Virus record (IMG/VR): IMGVR_UViG_3300025133_000026 | Reading direction: 5' to 3' (one strand) | Source of the DNA: a virus | DNA length: 64,000 nucleotides | Shown here: positions 18,827-28,120 of the stretch, in pieces | Numbering within the stretch: the first letter of the stretch is position 1 | Layout: each line of letters starts with the position of its first letter | Made by a program: the position numbers and the translations under genes | Notes under the pieces: model-generated | Told to the model about the DNA's origin: nothing | What the model saw: the letters and a program-made list of their open reading frames with translations, nothing else | Database searches by the model: none

Positions 18827-19223
18827 AGTAGTTATGACAGATAAAAAAACAGACCCTTCATATGTTCAGCGCTTTGAAAAAACAAAAAATGTTCCCAAAA
18901 GATGGGGTTATGAATTATGGATAGCCAATTCCCACCTATATTGTGGAAAGCAATTAAACATATTCCCCCTATGTCAAACCTCCTTGCATTTTCATGTAAA
19001 TAAAACAGAACACATTTATGTTTCTTCAGGAACTATGACTCTTGAAGTAGCAAAAAAGGATGGTTCTGGCTTACAGATTACAAGATTAAAACCAGGTGAT
19101 TCAGTAATTGTCACTCCTGGACTAATGCATAGACTTAAAAATGAAAACAGTACTGAAGACCTAGTTCTTATGGAATTCAGCACACAACACTTTGATGAAG
19201 ATAGTTATAGAGTACAAACATGA
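18819..19223 (+). CDS. Cupin (sugar isomerase-like)
   Basis: VPKRWGYELW, SLHFHVNKTEHIYV, GLMHRL...EFSTQH. Confidence 0.82.
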   Translation: MVKVVMTDKKTDPSYVQRFEKTKNVPKRWGYELWIANSHLYCGKQLNIFPLCQTSLHFHVNKTEHIYVSSGTMTLEVAKKDGSGLQITRLKPGDSVIVTPGLMHRLKNENSTEDLVLMEFSTQHFDEDSYRVQT

Positions 19224-19693
19224 GAATTGCACAATTGCCACATGCAAGTGGCCTCAAGTTTCCCGAGAGAGGAGACGAATACGCAGCTGGCTTAGATTTA
19301 AGAGCTGCACATCCAAACAAAACAGAAGTTCCTCAAGATCAAACAGACACATTAGTCTGGACTCTTAAACCAGGAGAACGAAGACTTATTTCTACTGGTT
19401 TAATTGTAGAAGTACCTGCTGGAAACTATGGAAGAATTGCGCCGCGCTCTGGCCTCGCCCTCAAACAAGGCATTGACGTTATGGCCGGCGTTGTGGACTC
19501 TAGTTATCGAGGCGAGGTAGGCGTCGTCCTGGTTAATCTAGGACAAGATGAAGTAACGCTTAAGCATGGCGACCGCATCGCACAATTAATTGTTACTCCT
19601 TATAGGAATGTGTCTATACAACCAGCAGAAATAAAAGCCCTAACTAAAACAAGTAGACAAGATGGCGGCTTTGGTTCTACTGGCGTACAGTGA
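19220..19693 (+). CDS. dut: Trimeric dUTPase
   Basis: AGLDL, IAPRSGLA, GVVDSSYRGEV, GDRIAQL, RQDGGFGSTG. Confidence 0.96.
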   Translation: MRIAQLPHASGLKFPERGDEYAAGLDLRAAHPNKTEVPQDQTDTLVWTLKPGERRLISTGLIVEVPAGNYGRIAPRSGLALKQGIDVMAGVVDSSYRGEVGVVLVNLGQDEVTLKHGDRIAQLIVTPYRNVSIQPAEIKALTKTSRQDGGFGSTGVQ

Positions 19694-20274
19694 TAATTGC
19701 AATCGTATTGATGGCGCTTGGACTCTCAATCCTAGGCTACCTACTCTTTCATGCTCAACGGTCAAACAATAAAGCAGAACACATTATAAATAGTTATAAA
19801 AAACAGTTTGATATAAAGTCTCAAAATATTCAGCATCTGCTGAATGAAAATGAGACTTTGAATAACCATATATCTATTATTAAGAATGTTCTTGCCAATA
19901 TTGAAAAAGAAAAGACTGATTGGAAAAAACAAGAAGAGCACAAGATAAGAGCAGATGCACTAAAGAAGTCCAAGTCCATCTTACGAGGGCAAGCTGTAGA
20001 ACACCTAGCCCCTTTCCTTACTTCACATGACTTTAATCCAAAAGATATGCGATTTCTTGGTGACCCAGTAGATTATATTATTTATGATGGCATGTCTGAC
20101 CTCAAAGCTGGCAATAGAAATGATATAGAAAAGATTGTTTTTATGGATATTAAAACAGGCCAGTCCTCTTTGAATAAAACACAAAGAAGAATTAGAGATG
20201 CTGTCAAGGCAGGCAAGGTAGAATTTATTACAGAAAGAATAGAAACGAAAAAATCAGGAGACAATAATGACTGA
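19690..20274 (+). CDS. Membrane-anchored Holliday-junction-resolvase-like endonuclease (Endonuc_Holl-like)
   Basis: N-terminal TM and coiled coil; LRGQAVEHLAPF, RFLGDPVDYI, FMDIKTG..LNKTQRRIRDAV. Confidence 0.8.
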   Translation: MIIAIVLMALGLSILGYLLFHAQRSNNKAEHIINSYKKQFDIKSQNIQHLLNENETLNNHISIIKNVLANIEKEKTDWKKQEEHKIRADALKKSKSILRGQAVEHLAPFLTSHDFNPKDMRFLGDPVDYIIYDGMSDLKAGNRNDIEKIVFMDIKTGQSSLNKTQRRIRDAVKAGKVEFITERIETKKSGDNND

Positions 20275-20830
20275 CCTTCCAAAACCAAAAGCACGACGAC
20301 TTTATTTAACTAAACAAATAGACCAATCTTCAATAGCTCCATTAATTCAAAGTATTCTTGATATAAATGCTAATGATAAACATCTAATCAAGTTATATAA
20401 AATATATGGTCTTGATTACACACCCCAACCAATAGAACTCTATATAGATTCTTATGGTGGTACAGTCTATCAAGCCTTTGGTCTTATTAGTGTCATGGAA
20501 CAGTCAAAAGTTCCTGTTCATACTATTGTCACAGGTGTCGCTATGTCTGGAGGGTTCATGATACTTATTCATGGGCATAAGAGATTTGCATACAAACACT
20601 CTACCCCCATGTACCATCAAGTCTCTACAGCAAAATGGGGAACCATTAAAGAGATTGAAGAAAGTCTCGAGCAAAGCCAAAAGCTACAAAAACAAATGGA
20701 AGCTATGGTTAAAGCTAAAACCAAAATCCCCAAAGCTAAACTCAAAAAGATTTTTGAGAATAAGGCTGATTGGTATATGACTTCTAAAGAAGCTCTTGAG
20801 TACAAAGTCATTGATGAGATCATTAAATGA
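20267..20830 (+). CDS. clpP: ClpP-like serine protease 1
   Basis: IELYIDSYGGTV; GVAMSGG (Ser); MYHQ (His); ADWYMTSKEAL (Asp). Confidence 0.9.
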   Translation: MTDLPKPKARRLYLTKQIDQSSIAPLIQSILDINANDKHLIKLYKIYGLDYTPQPIELYIDSYGGTVYQAFGLISVMEQSKVPVHTIVTGVAMSGGFMILIHGHKRFAYKHSTPMYHQVSTAKWGTIKEIEESLEQSQKLQKQMEAMVKAKTKIPKAKLKKIFENKADWYMTSKEALEYKVIDEIIK

Positions 20831-21129
20831 TAAATGAAAACAAAACAGCTTTTACTATTGGTCACGAAAAGAATTACGATGAAGTTCTTGAAAGAGAACC
20901 GACTGTTCAAAAAGTTGGAAGATATTTGGGCTACCCCGGAGGGTGGGTTTGGGAAAAGGCTGAAGATGCAAAAAGTTTTATAGACCAATCTTCTTTTTCA
21001 TTCAGAGCTGCAGTTTATGAATTACGTCTTAGAAATGGAGTTGACGCAGACTTTTCAGCTGTACCAGGGGAAGACGGTGTATATAACTTACTCCATGATG
21101 CTGAAATAATTAAAAAAATAGAACTATGA
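20827..21129 (+). CDS. Hypothetical protein
   Basis: 100 aa, ATGA-coupled. Confidence 0.65.
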   Translation: MINENKTAFTIGHEKNYDEVLEREPTVQKVGRYLGYPGGWVWEKAEDAKSFIDQSSFSFRAAVYELRLRNGVDADFSAVPGEDGVYNLLHDAEIIKKIEL

Positions 21130-21503
21130 AAAAAGAATTAGAGCAACAACTGCTTAGTGATTATCCTGATCTATTCTTTACTTTTGAAAATAGTCTTATC
21201 CTTAGCTATGGATTTAATTGTCAAGATGGTTGGTTCGATATTATCGACACTCTTTGTAAAAATATACAACATAGAGTCAAGTGGGTTAAGCCACCTATAA
21301 ATCAACCCAAAGTTGTTCAAGTCAAAGAAAAATTTGGTGGTCTTCACTTTTATCTTGATGTCTGTTTAGACGAAGAAATAAGAGGAATGATTGGATTTGC
21401 TGAAAGCTTTAGCCTCAAAATCTGTGAAAAGTGTGGCTCACCAGGTAAACGACGTCAAGGCGGATGGATTAAAACACTTTGCGACAAATGCCATAAAGTA
21501 TAA
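21126..21503 (+). CDS. Conserved phage-type protein with C-terminal Zn ribbon
   Basis: DGWFDII, QVKEKFGGLHFY, CEKCGSPG...WIKTLCDKC. Confidence 0.75.
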   Translation: MKKELEQQLLSDYPDLFFTFENSLILSYGFNCQDGWFDIIDTLCKNIQHRVKWVKPPINQPKVVQVKEKFGGLHFYLDVCLDEEIRGMIGFAESFSLKICEKCGSPGKRRQGGWIKTLCDKCHKV

Positions 21504-21518
21504 AGGGAAATTAGAATA

Positions 21519-21734
21519 ATGAATACATATGTAACATATTTCGAAAGCGAATCAGGCGATAATTACTTGGTTCAATACAAACGCGAAACACTCCCCGAGT
21601 CACCACAAGAATGGCTTAGCGTAATCCAAGAAACTTTAGATGATGAATATTTTGTTGCCGAACAAGATGATTTTTCAGGCCCCGGAATTATGGGCACTTG
21701 GGTTTACCCACAAGAAACAATTGAGATAGTTTAA
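21519..21734 (+). CDS. Hypothetical acidic protein
   Basis: 71 aa, TAATG-coupled to the next gene. Confidence 0.6.
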   Translation: MNTYVTYFESESGDNYLVQYKRETLPESPQEWLSVIQETLDDEYFVAEQDDFSGPGIMGTWVYPQETIEIV

Positions 21735-22762
21735 TGAGCACTCTATGGAGAGATCCTCTCTTCACATATGATGATCTTTTACTTATTCCACAACATTCTT
21801 GTCTTTCAACCAGGAAAGAGGCCATAACTGAAACAGCTATAGGAGATACAAAACTTAATTTTCCTATGATTTCAGCTAATATGGATACAGTCACTGGTGT
21901 AAGAATGGCTATCGCCATGTGGAAAGCAGGTGGATTAGGAATACTCCATCGTTTTTATCCTCCAGAGCAAGAGAACCGTAGACTATCCGATGTCCAACAA
22001 CTAGTTGATAGGGGTGTCCCTAGAGAATATATCTACACTAGTATCGGTGTAGGTGGAAAAGAAATAGAGTGGGCCGAAAAGTTAGTAGAAGCAGGAGCAG
22101 GGGGTCTATGTTTAGATATAGCTCATGCACACTCTGAACTAACTGGATATGTTCTTAAGCAATTACAGCACCTTAGGCCACATATCACTATTATTGGAGG
22201 GAATGTAGCCACACCCGAAGGGGCTATCTTCTTGGCTCCATTGTGTGATGCAATTAAGGTCGGGATTGGACCCGGTTCTCGCTGCACAACTCGCTCAGTA
22301 ACCGGACATGGCGTTCCCCAAGCATATGCCATCCATAGTATTAGACGAACACTTCCTAATAAACCAATCATTGCTGATGGTGGACTTAAAACTTCTGGAG
22401 ATATTGCAAAAGCGCTTGCTCTAGGAGCCACAGCAGTCATGAGCGGCTCTATGCTTGCTCCTTCTACAGAAGCAGAAGGAACTCACTATACAGGACAAGA
22501 CGGAAGAACCTATAAGGTTTATAGAGGCATGGCCTCTAAGCAAGCAATGGAAAAGGCAGGACGACAACCACGTGCTGCCGAGGGTGTGTCTGCACCCGTG
22601 CTTGTCCGGGGAACAGTATCTGAATTAATGTCTGAATGGAAAGATGGCTTACAGAGTGCTTTGTCTTATTCTGGTTGCATGAGCATTACAGAATTTAGAG
22701 AAGATGCAATTCTTTCTCTAATCACGCCTACAACATTAGTAGAAAATGGAGTTAGATTATGA
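21734..22762 (+). CDS. IMPDH/GMP reductase-family enzyme without CBS domains, GMP-reductase-like
   Basis: SANMDTVT, DIAHAHS, GNVAT, KVGIGPGSRCTTR, IADGG, GDIAKAL, YRGMAS, RAAEG. No RY dyad is visible in the flap. Confidence 0.88.
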   Translation: MSTLWRDPLFTYDDLLLIPQHSCLSTRKEAITETAIGDTKLNFPMISANMDTVTGVRMAIAMWKAGGLGILHRFYPPEQENRRLSDVQQLVDRGVPREYIYTSIGVGGKEIEWAEKLVEAGAGGLCLDIAHAHSELTGYVLKQLQHLRPHITIIGGNVATPEGAIFLAPLCDAIKVGIGPGSRCTTRSVTGHGVPQAYAIHSIRRTLPNKPIIADGGLKTSGDIAKALALGATAVMSGSMLAPSTEAEGTHYTGQDGRTYKVYRGMASKQAMEKAGRQPRAAEGVSAPVLVRGTVSELMSEWKDGLQSALSYSGCMSITEFREDAILSLITPTTLVENGVRL

Positions 22763-22908
22763 ATAACTACAAAAGAAAGTTTCCGCGTTTAACCTGGGAA
22801 CAAAAAGAAGCTATTAAAGAATATTTTGCTGACAAAGGCGATGTCATTTCTATATTAAAAGCAATACGAAAGAAGAAGGAAACAATTCCAGCTGATGAAA
22901 CTAAGTAA
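22759..22908 (+). CDS. 49 aa basic protein (possible HTH fragment), not in the ORF track
   Basis: MNNYKRKFPRLTWEQKEAIKEYFADKGDVISILKAIRKKKETIPADETK. It fills the gap exactly and overlaps both neighbours (ATGA overlap upstream). Confidence 0.6.
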   Translation: MNNYKRKFPRLTWEQKEAIKEYFADKGDVISILKAIRKKKETIPADETK

Positions 22909-25900
22909 AGCTATTACCGAGCTTAAACTCCTCCTCCCTCAATATCTAAAAGATCAAGATATTGTCAGTAGTAAATCAAAGAAGTTTGCTTGTATCAACC
23001 CACACCATAAAGACTCAACTCCAAGTGCCTCTCTCTATCCTGGAAGTGATTACACTGAAGGAAGATGTTTTGGTTGTGTAACTAACTTTGATATTTTTAC
23101 TGCAGCTCATTGGTTAGAAGGAATGCCTCAAGAAGGGCCCGAATGGGTCTCTACTACTGTCTCCACACTATGTGAGAGGTATGATATACCCTTAGAGCTT
23201 GAGCCCCTTACAGACGCCCAGAAAGCCTCTAAGGCAGCACTTGCTGCATTTCAAGAAGCAGCTCGTATTCTTACCACACATACTGTTTGGTCAAAAGATT
23301 GTGAAGAGTATATTAATAAAAACAAATGGAAGAAAGAGGTACTTTTACACAGGGGTGTGGGCTGTCTCTCTAGAGAAATTCTAACTTTAGAAATGTCCAA
23401 AAAAGGATACAGCGCAGAGTATCTTAGAACATTAGGTTTGCTTGGTGAGCATAATTGTCCTTTCGATGGAGAGCAACTTGTATTTACTGTGTATAACCAC
23501 CGTGGGCAAGCCCTTGGCTTCTCCTATCGGACATGGGATGGGAAACAAAAGTATGTTAACCCACACATGTATGGCTATGGCACAGAGTCTTTAAAGAAAG
23601 GGGAGACACTTTATGGGTTGGATAAAGCGCGCCGGTGCACTGACCAACCACTCATTCTAGTAGAGGGATATACAGATGTCCTAACTCTTAACCATAAAGG
23701 AATCAACAATGTTGCTGCCATTTGTGGAACTGCCCTAACTAAGGAACAGATTCTCCTCTTAGAAAGTGTAGGTTTTCATAGTATTGTTTTGGCTCTTGAC
23801 TGGGATGCAGCTGGCCAGATAGGAATCAGAAGAGCAATAGACTTGCTTATGAAAGAAAGTCAAGATCTTGATATTTCTATCATTGGAAAGACCGACAAGA
23901 CTGAGGGATTAGACCCTTCTGATTTTGTACTCCAACATGGAAAGAAAGGATGGCTAGCATTACCCAATCTAAGTGCCTTCTCTTGGTTGCTTCAAGATCG
24001 TTTGACAGGCCAAACGCCAAAGAGAAAATTAGCCGAAGACATGGTGCGAATTATTGCACTTGAATCTTCTGCAATTACAAGAGAAGAATACACTAAGGAA
24101 TTGGCAAATACAACCGGGGTGTCTATCCATGCTCTTGATATTGAGGTTGGCAAACAACTCAATAAAAGAGAAAGACAACGCAATAAGATTGAAAAAAACA
24201 TAATCGAAAGAATGGCTCTGGACTTAGACAAGTTCCCTGACCATCGCATATCTATCCTTTCTGAAGCAGCTGGCAATATTGAAAAAGTCCGTAATGATTA
24301 TGAGTCTGGCAAATACTCCTCAAGAGGAGTTCTTTCTTTACTCAGAACACAAAAGATTAAAGAGGAGTCAATTGACCCCTCTGTTGGCCTTGGATTCAAA
24401 ATGAATCTAATGCCCCAATTAGCTAAATGCTTTGAAGGAGGAAAGGACTGGGCGAGTGACACGCTTATGCTTTTGGGTGGAGAAGCCAATGCGGGTAAGT
24501 CCTCGCTCATGTCCAATATCGCTTTTGATATTGCGCATTCTAACAAAGATGCAACCGTTATCTACTTCTCTATTGATGACTCTGGTCGAGACATCTTGCC
24601 TAAATTCCTATGTAATGCACATGTCTCTAACTTAGGCAGATTACCCACAAGCAAATTCGAAGAACTATCTATCGGGGCAATCATTAACCCCGGACGATGG
24701 GCCTCTATGCTTCCATCTAAAGGACACAAGGAACGCTTCTTTGACTTTAGGCAACAGGCTTATAACTTAATAGAAAATCTTGTAAAAGAAGATAGGTTTC
24801 TAATTAAGGATGCTACTGATGGAGCTACTCTTGAATACATGGAAGCCGTTATTCGCTTTCATAGAGGAAAATACCCAAGTCGTAGAATCTTCTGCGTCTT
24901 AGACAATACTCACAACCTTCAAGACTATGGTGGCAAAGACATGAGAGAACGCTTTAGTAAAATTGCAGATACTATGAACAATATTTGTAACAAATACAGT
25001 GTCTGCATGCTGGCCTCTGTTGAGTATAAGAAAAGAAGTGGTGGAATGCGTGGTGGGAAGTTACTTCCCAAAAATGAAGATATTGCTGAGTGTATGACAG
25101 GAGATTCTCTTGTCTTTACAACTCAAGGGCTAAAAAGAATTGATCAAATTATCCCTGGCAATATTGTTTACACCAAAGACGAAAACAATCGAATTGTTAC
25201 CAACAAGGTGTTGGCTAAACTAGACAAAGGCGTTCAGCAAGTTTATAAGGTCATGCTTAAAGGTGGACGCACTATTAAAGTTACTGGCAATCACCCATTT
25301 TTCACAGAAAAGTATAAATGGAATAAACTTTCAGAATTATCTGTAGGGGATTTTGTTGCTTTGCCTTCTGAGATTCCTCAACCAAAATCATGCTCTAATC
25401 CAATAAATAACGACATTGCTCGTTTACTTGGATACATGGCAGGTGATGGTTGCTATGCCTTAAAAAGTACTCCTCGTTTTACAAACAGAGATAAGGGCAT
25501 AATCAAAGATATAAAAACAATAGTACAGGATAGGTTTAAATTAGGAGCTTCTGAAAGACTCCATAATGGTTCTCTTCATCTTCGTTTTACTAACGGAAGA
25601 CAAGGATGTAAGGTCAAAAATCCACTAACAGAATATCTAAAAACTTTGGATATCTGGGGTCAGACGGGTATGGCAAAAAATATCCCGACTGAACTTTATT
25701 CTCAAACCAATGAAGTTATTAGCCATTATATCTCTGGCTTAATTGCCACAGACGGCTCAATAGATACAAAGAAGAAAACAATCAGATTCTTTAATAAGAG
25801 TAATTATTTAACTCAGGGTTTAATATCTCTTTTAAGTAGACTTGGTATTTATTCCACACTAAATAATGTAAAGAATGGTGTTAATGCTGTTTGTATTTCA

Positions 25901-26602
25901 GGCGATGAAGCAATTAATCTCGCTCAGCTTTTGTTTATTCCTGGTGCAAAAGGAAACAAGTGTAAGCAATTGGCTAGTCTTTCCAGACTGAATAAAAACA
26001 AACATGATCATTTGCCAATTCTGTTTACTGAGCGCCTTAAAGAAATTACAACAAAGGCAAGAATAAATATAAATGACGGAAGAGAGCTAGGGTTTCAAGT
26101 AAGAGACGGTCATAGAGTTACAAGATCTATTGGCTCTAAATTAGCAAGCTCCTTAAAGGACAAAGGATTACAAGCCATACTTAATGAACAGTTAAGGTGG
26201 GTGAACATTGTCAAGATTGAAAAACTGGACAAAGAACAAGTCTGGGATTTAACAATTGATGGAACTCATAACTTTATTGCCAATAATATTATTGTTCATA
26301 ACACCAGGGCCTTCAATTACCGAGCTAAGTGGATTGGACACATCTATAATGATATGCACGAACGACAGGAAGATTATGATACTTTTCATATCGACCCAAT
26401 GACGAAGAAACCAATGCCTCGCATCCTTTTACTCCACTCAAAAAATAAGATTAATGGTTTTAAAGAGATTACTGTTCACGACTTCTTTCCTCACCTTAGT
26501 ACTTTCAAATGGAAAGATGAAAGTGAGGCCAAACTAGAAGCCAAGAAATATCTAGAAGACCTTAAAGAAGAGGAAGAATATGATCAAGACGAAAATTGGT
26601 AG
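22895..26602 (+). CDS. DnaG primase - DnaB-type helicase fusion, interrupted by an intein
   Basis: Zn finger CINPHH...CFGC; KYVN; TOPRIM VEGYTD and LALDWDAAG; Walker A GGEANAGKS; CVLDN; DIAE|TRAFNYRA after splicing. Confidence 0.88.
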   Translation: MKLSKAITELKLLLPQYLKDQDIVSSKSKKFACINPHHKDSTPSASLYPGSDYTEGRCFGCVTNFDIFTAAHWLEGMPQEGPEWVSTTVSTLCERYDIPLELEPLTDAQKASKAALAAFQEAARILTTHTVWSKDCEEYINKNKWKKEVLLHRGVGCLSREILTLEMSKKGYSAEYLRTLGLLGEHNCPFDGEQLVFTVYNHRGQALGFSYRTWDGKQKYVNPHMYGYGTESLKKGETLYGLDKARRCTDQPLILVEGYTDVLTLNHKGINNVAAICGTALTKEQILLLESVGFHSIVLALDWDAAGQIGIRRAIDLLMKESQDLDISIIGKTDKTEGLDPSDFVLQHGKKGWLALPNLSAFSWLLQDRLTGQTPKRKLAEDMVRIIALESSAITREEYTKELANTTGVSIHALDIEVGKQLNKRERQRNKIEKNIIERMALDLDKFPDHRISILSEAAGNIEKVRNDYESGKYSSRGVLSLLRTQKIKEESIDPSVGLGFKMNLMPQLAKCFEGGKDWASDTLMLLGGEANAGKSSLMSNIAFDIAHSNKDATVIYFSIDDSGRDILPKFLCNAHVSNLGRLPTSKFEELSIGAIINPGRWASMLPSKGHKERFFDFRQQAYNLIENLVKEDRFLIKDATDGATLEYMEAVIRFHRGKYPSRRIFCVLDNTHNLQDYGGKDMRERFSKIADTMNNICNKYSVCMLASVEYKKRSGGMRGGKLLPKNEDIAECMTGDSLVFTTQGLKRIDQIIPGNIVYTKDENNRIVTNKVLAKLDKGVQQVYKVMLKGGRTIKVTGNHPFFTEKYKWNKLSELSVGDFVALPSEIPQPKSCSNPINNDIARLLGYMAGDGCYALKSTPRFTNRDKGIIKDIKTIVQDRFKLGASERLHNGSLHLRFTNGRQGCKVKNPLTEYLKTLDIWGQTGMAKNIPTELYSQTNEVISHYISGLIATDGSIDTKKKTIRFFNKSNYLTQGLISLLSRLGIYSTLNNVKNGVNAVCISGDEAINLAQLLFIPGAKGNKCKQLASLSRLNKNKHDHLPILFTERLKEITTKARININDGRELGFQVRDGHRVTRSIGSKLASSLKDKGLQAILNEQLRWVNIVKIEKLDKEQVWDLTIDGTHNFIANNIIVHNTRAFNYRAKWIGHIYNDMHERQEDYDTFHIDPMTKKPMPRILLLHSKNKINGFKEITVHDFFPHLSTFKWKDESEAKLEAKKYLEDLKEEEEYDQDENW
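25091..26302 (+). mobile_element. Intein (404 aa, Cys733-Asn1136) with LAGLIDADG homing endonuclease, in the helicase domain
   Basis: CMTGDSLV; VTGNHPF; LLGYMAGDG and YISGLIATDG; VWDLTIDGTHNFIANNIIVHN followed by Thr. Confidence 0.95.
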
Positions 26603-27470
26603 CATGGCCTTGGGCATCATTGTAGGTATTATCCTAGCAATAGGACTTGCCTTTGGAGTTGCACGGCGGGCTAACGCCAGAATGATTATGCTTGATGATC
26701 AACTGACAGCAGAGAAACAGCTTTCTCAAGAAGTCTTGCGTACTAAAAACAAAGAAGTCTATAATCTTGAAAAACATATTAAAGATTTAGTAAAATCAAA
26801 TGATGGTTTGAAAGAAGATATCAAAGAACTCGAGGCCAATCCTGTTGTTGTGACGCATACAGAGGTCATCATTAAAGGGGAGACAACAGAAGAAACTGTG
26901 GACCACTTTCCTGAAGAGTGGGACTATCGAAATGCAAACAATCTTCTTGTTGCTTCTCACCTCTATAATGAGGATCTTTCTTCTTTCTCTGCAACTACTT
27001 ATGACTTAACAGTGAGTGTTCAAAACCTTATCGCAACGATACCAACAGGAGAATCAGTAACATACAGCACTGTTACTGTTACTTCTTCTGGTGATGATAG
27101 TAGTGTTCAGTTAGTACCAAAGTCAGTCGAAACCATTTATGAAGACCAAACACAATCTAGATGGCACTGGTGGGCGCCGCACATTGATGGCGGCATTAGT
27201 GCCACCCCCATGTCCTATGGACCAACTCTTGGTTTCTCTCCAACAGCAATAGGGAAGACTAAAGACGACAATACCATCAGGCTCTTTCATGTCAGAGGTG
27301 TTGTCACCAATGACGAAAACCTTCATGTCGGTTTTGACCCCGGCGGAATCCCTGTATTTAAACAAATAAATTTTATCCCATTAAATGACACATGGTTATG
27401 GGTAGGAGTAGACTACAATGTCAGAACTGGGGGAATTTTACCAGCAGCTGCTGTCACATCAACATTCTAG
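26580..27470 (+). CDS. Membrane-anchored coiled-coil protein with beta-rich C-terminus ending in Phe (spanin-like candidate)
   Basis: N-terminal hydrophobic helix; heptad region; amphipathic beta strands; ends AAAVTSTF. Confidence 0.6.
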   Translation: MIKTKIGSMALGIIVGIILAIGLAFGVARRANARMIMLDDQLTAEKQLSQEVLRTKNKEVYNLEKHIKDLVKSNDGLKEDIKELEANPVVVTHTEVIIKGETTEETVDHFPEEWDYRNANNLLVASHLYNEDLSSFSATTYDLTVSVQNLIATIPTGESVTYSTVTVTSSGDDSSVQLVPKSVETIYEDQTQSRWHWWAPHIDGGISATPMSYGPTLGFSPTAIGKTKDDNTIRLFHVRGVVTNDENLHVGFDPGGIPVFKQINFIPLNDTWLWVGVDYNVRTGGILPAAAVTSTF

Positions 27471-27474
27471 TTCT

Positions 27475-27930
27475 TTGGAGTTTGATACAAACATTGAGGT
27501 CGATTTAATTCAAGCGTTGATCAGAAATGGATCAAACTACATTACAGAATCTATCATCCTAAAAAGGGGATCGATTACTCCCCTAATAAATTATTTTCTT
27601 GTTTGGCCTGAAACTCATTTATTTCAAAACCTTTATCAAGAAGAAAGATGCTTAATTATTCCAACACCAATTTGTAAAATTTACTCAGTAAAATCTCAAA
27701 GAGATGTGAAGTCAATATATCAAATGGGAAGGAGAACTCCTTTTTCTTTCTCTACAGGGATGACTCAAACTACTTTTAGTATGAGTATTTCTCAAGACCT
27801 AGCCAGACAACCATATATCATTGAAGTTCAAAACATTCTTTATCTCAAAACTCCTAGTAATGTTATAGATCTTTATAAAGATGATATATATAAACACATG
27901 ATGACTGGAGAGACCCATGCCAATCTTTGA
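27475..27930 (+). CDS. Hypothetical protein (probable TTG start 27475; ORF track start 27418)
   Basis: An in-frame TTG just after the upstream stop removes a 53 nt overlap. Confidence 0.6.
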   Translation: MEFDTNIEVDLIQALIRNGSNYITESIILKRGSITPLINYFLVWPETHLFQNLYQEERCLIIPTPICKIYSVKSQRDVKSIYQMGRRTPFSFSTGMTQTTFSMSISQDLARQPYIIEVQNILYLKTPSNVIDLYKDDIYKHMMTGETHANL

Positions 27931-28120
27931 ATACGAATGCCAGGAATGCAAACATAAGTTTGAACAACTTGTTCTTCCTCGAGATCTGAAGAATGAAAAC
28001 TTTAAAATCCAATGTCCACATGAGCACGAACACCAACTAGGCAAAGATTATGAAATCAGAAAACTTATCAGTCAACATGCACAGCATTTGTCTTGGAGCA
28101 AGTGGAGAGCAATAGATTAA
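27917..28120 (+). CDS. FmdB-family Zn-ribbon protein
   Basis: MPIFEYECQECKHKFEQL...CP...IRKLIS. Confidence 0.85.
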   Translation: MPIFEYECQECKHKFEQLVLPRDLKNENFKIQCPHEHEHQLGKDYEIRKLISQHAQHLSWSKWRAID

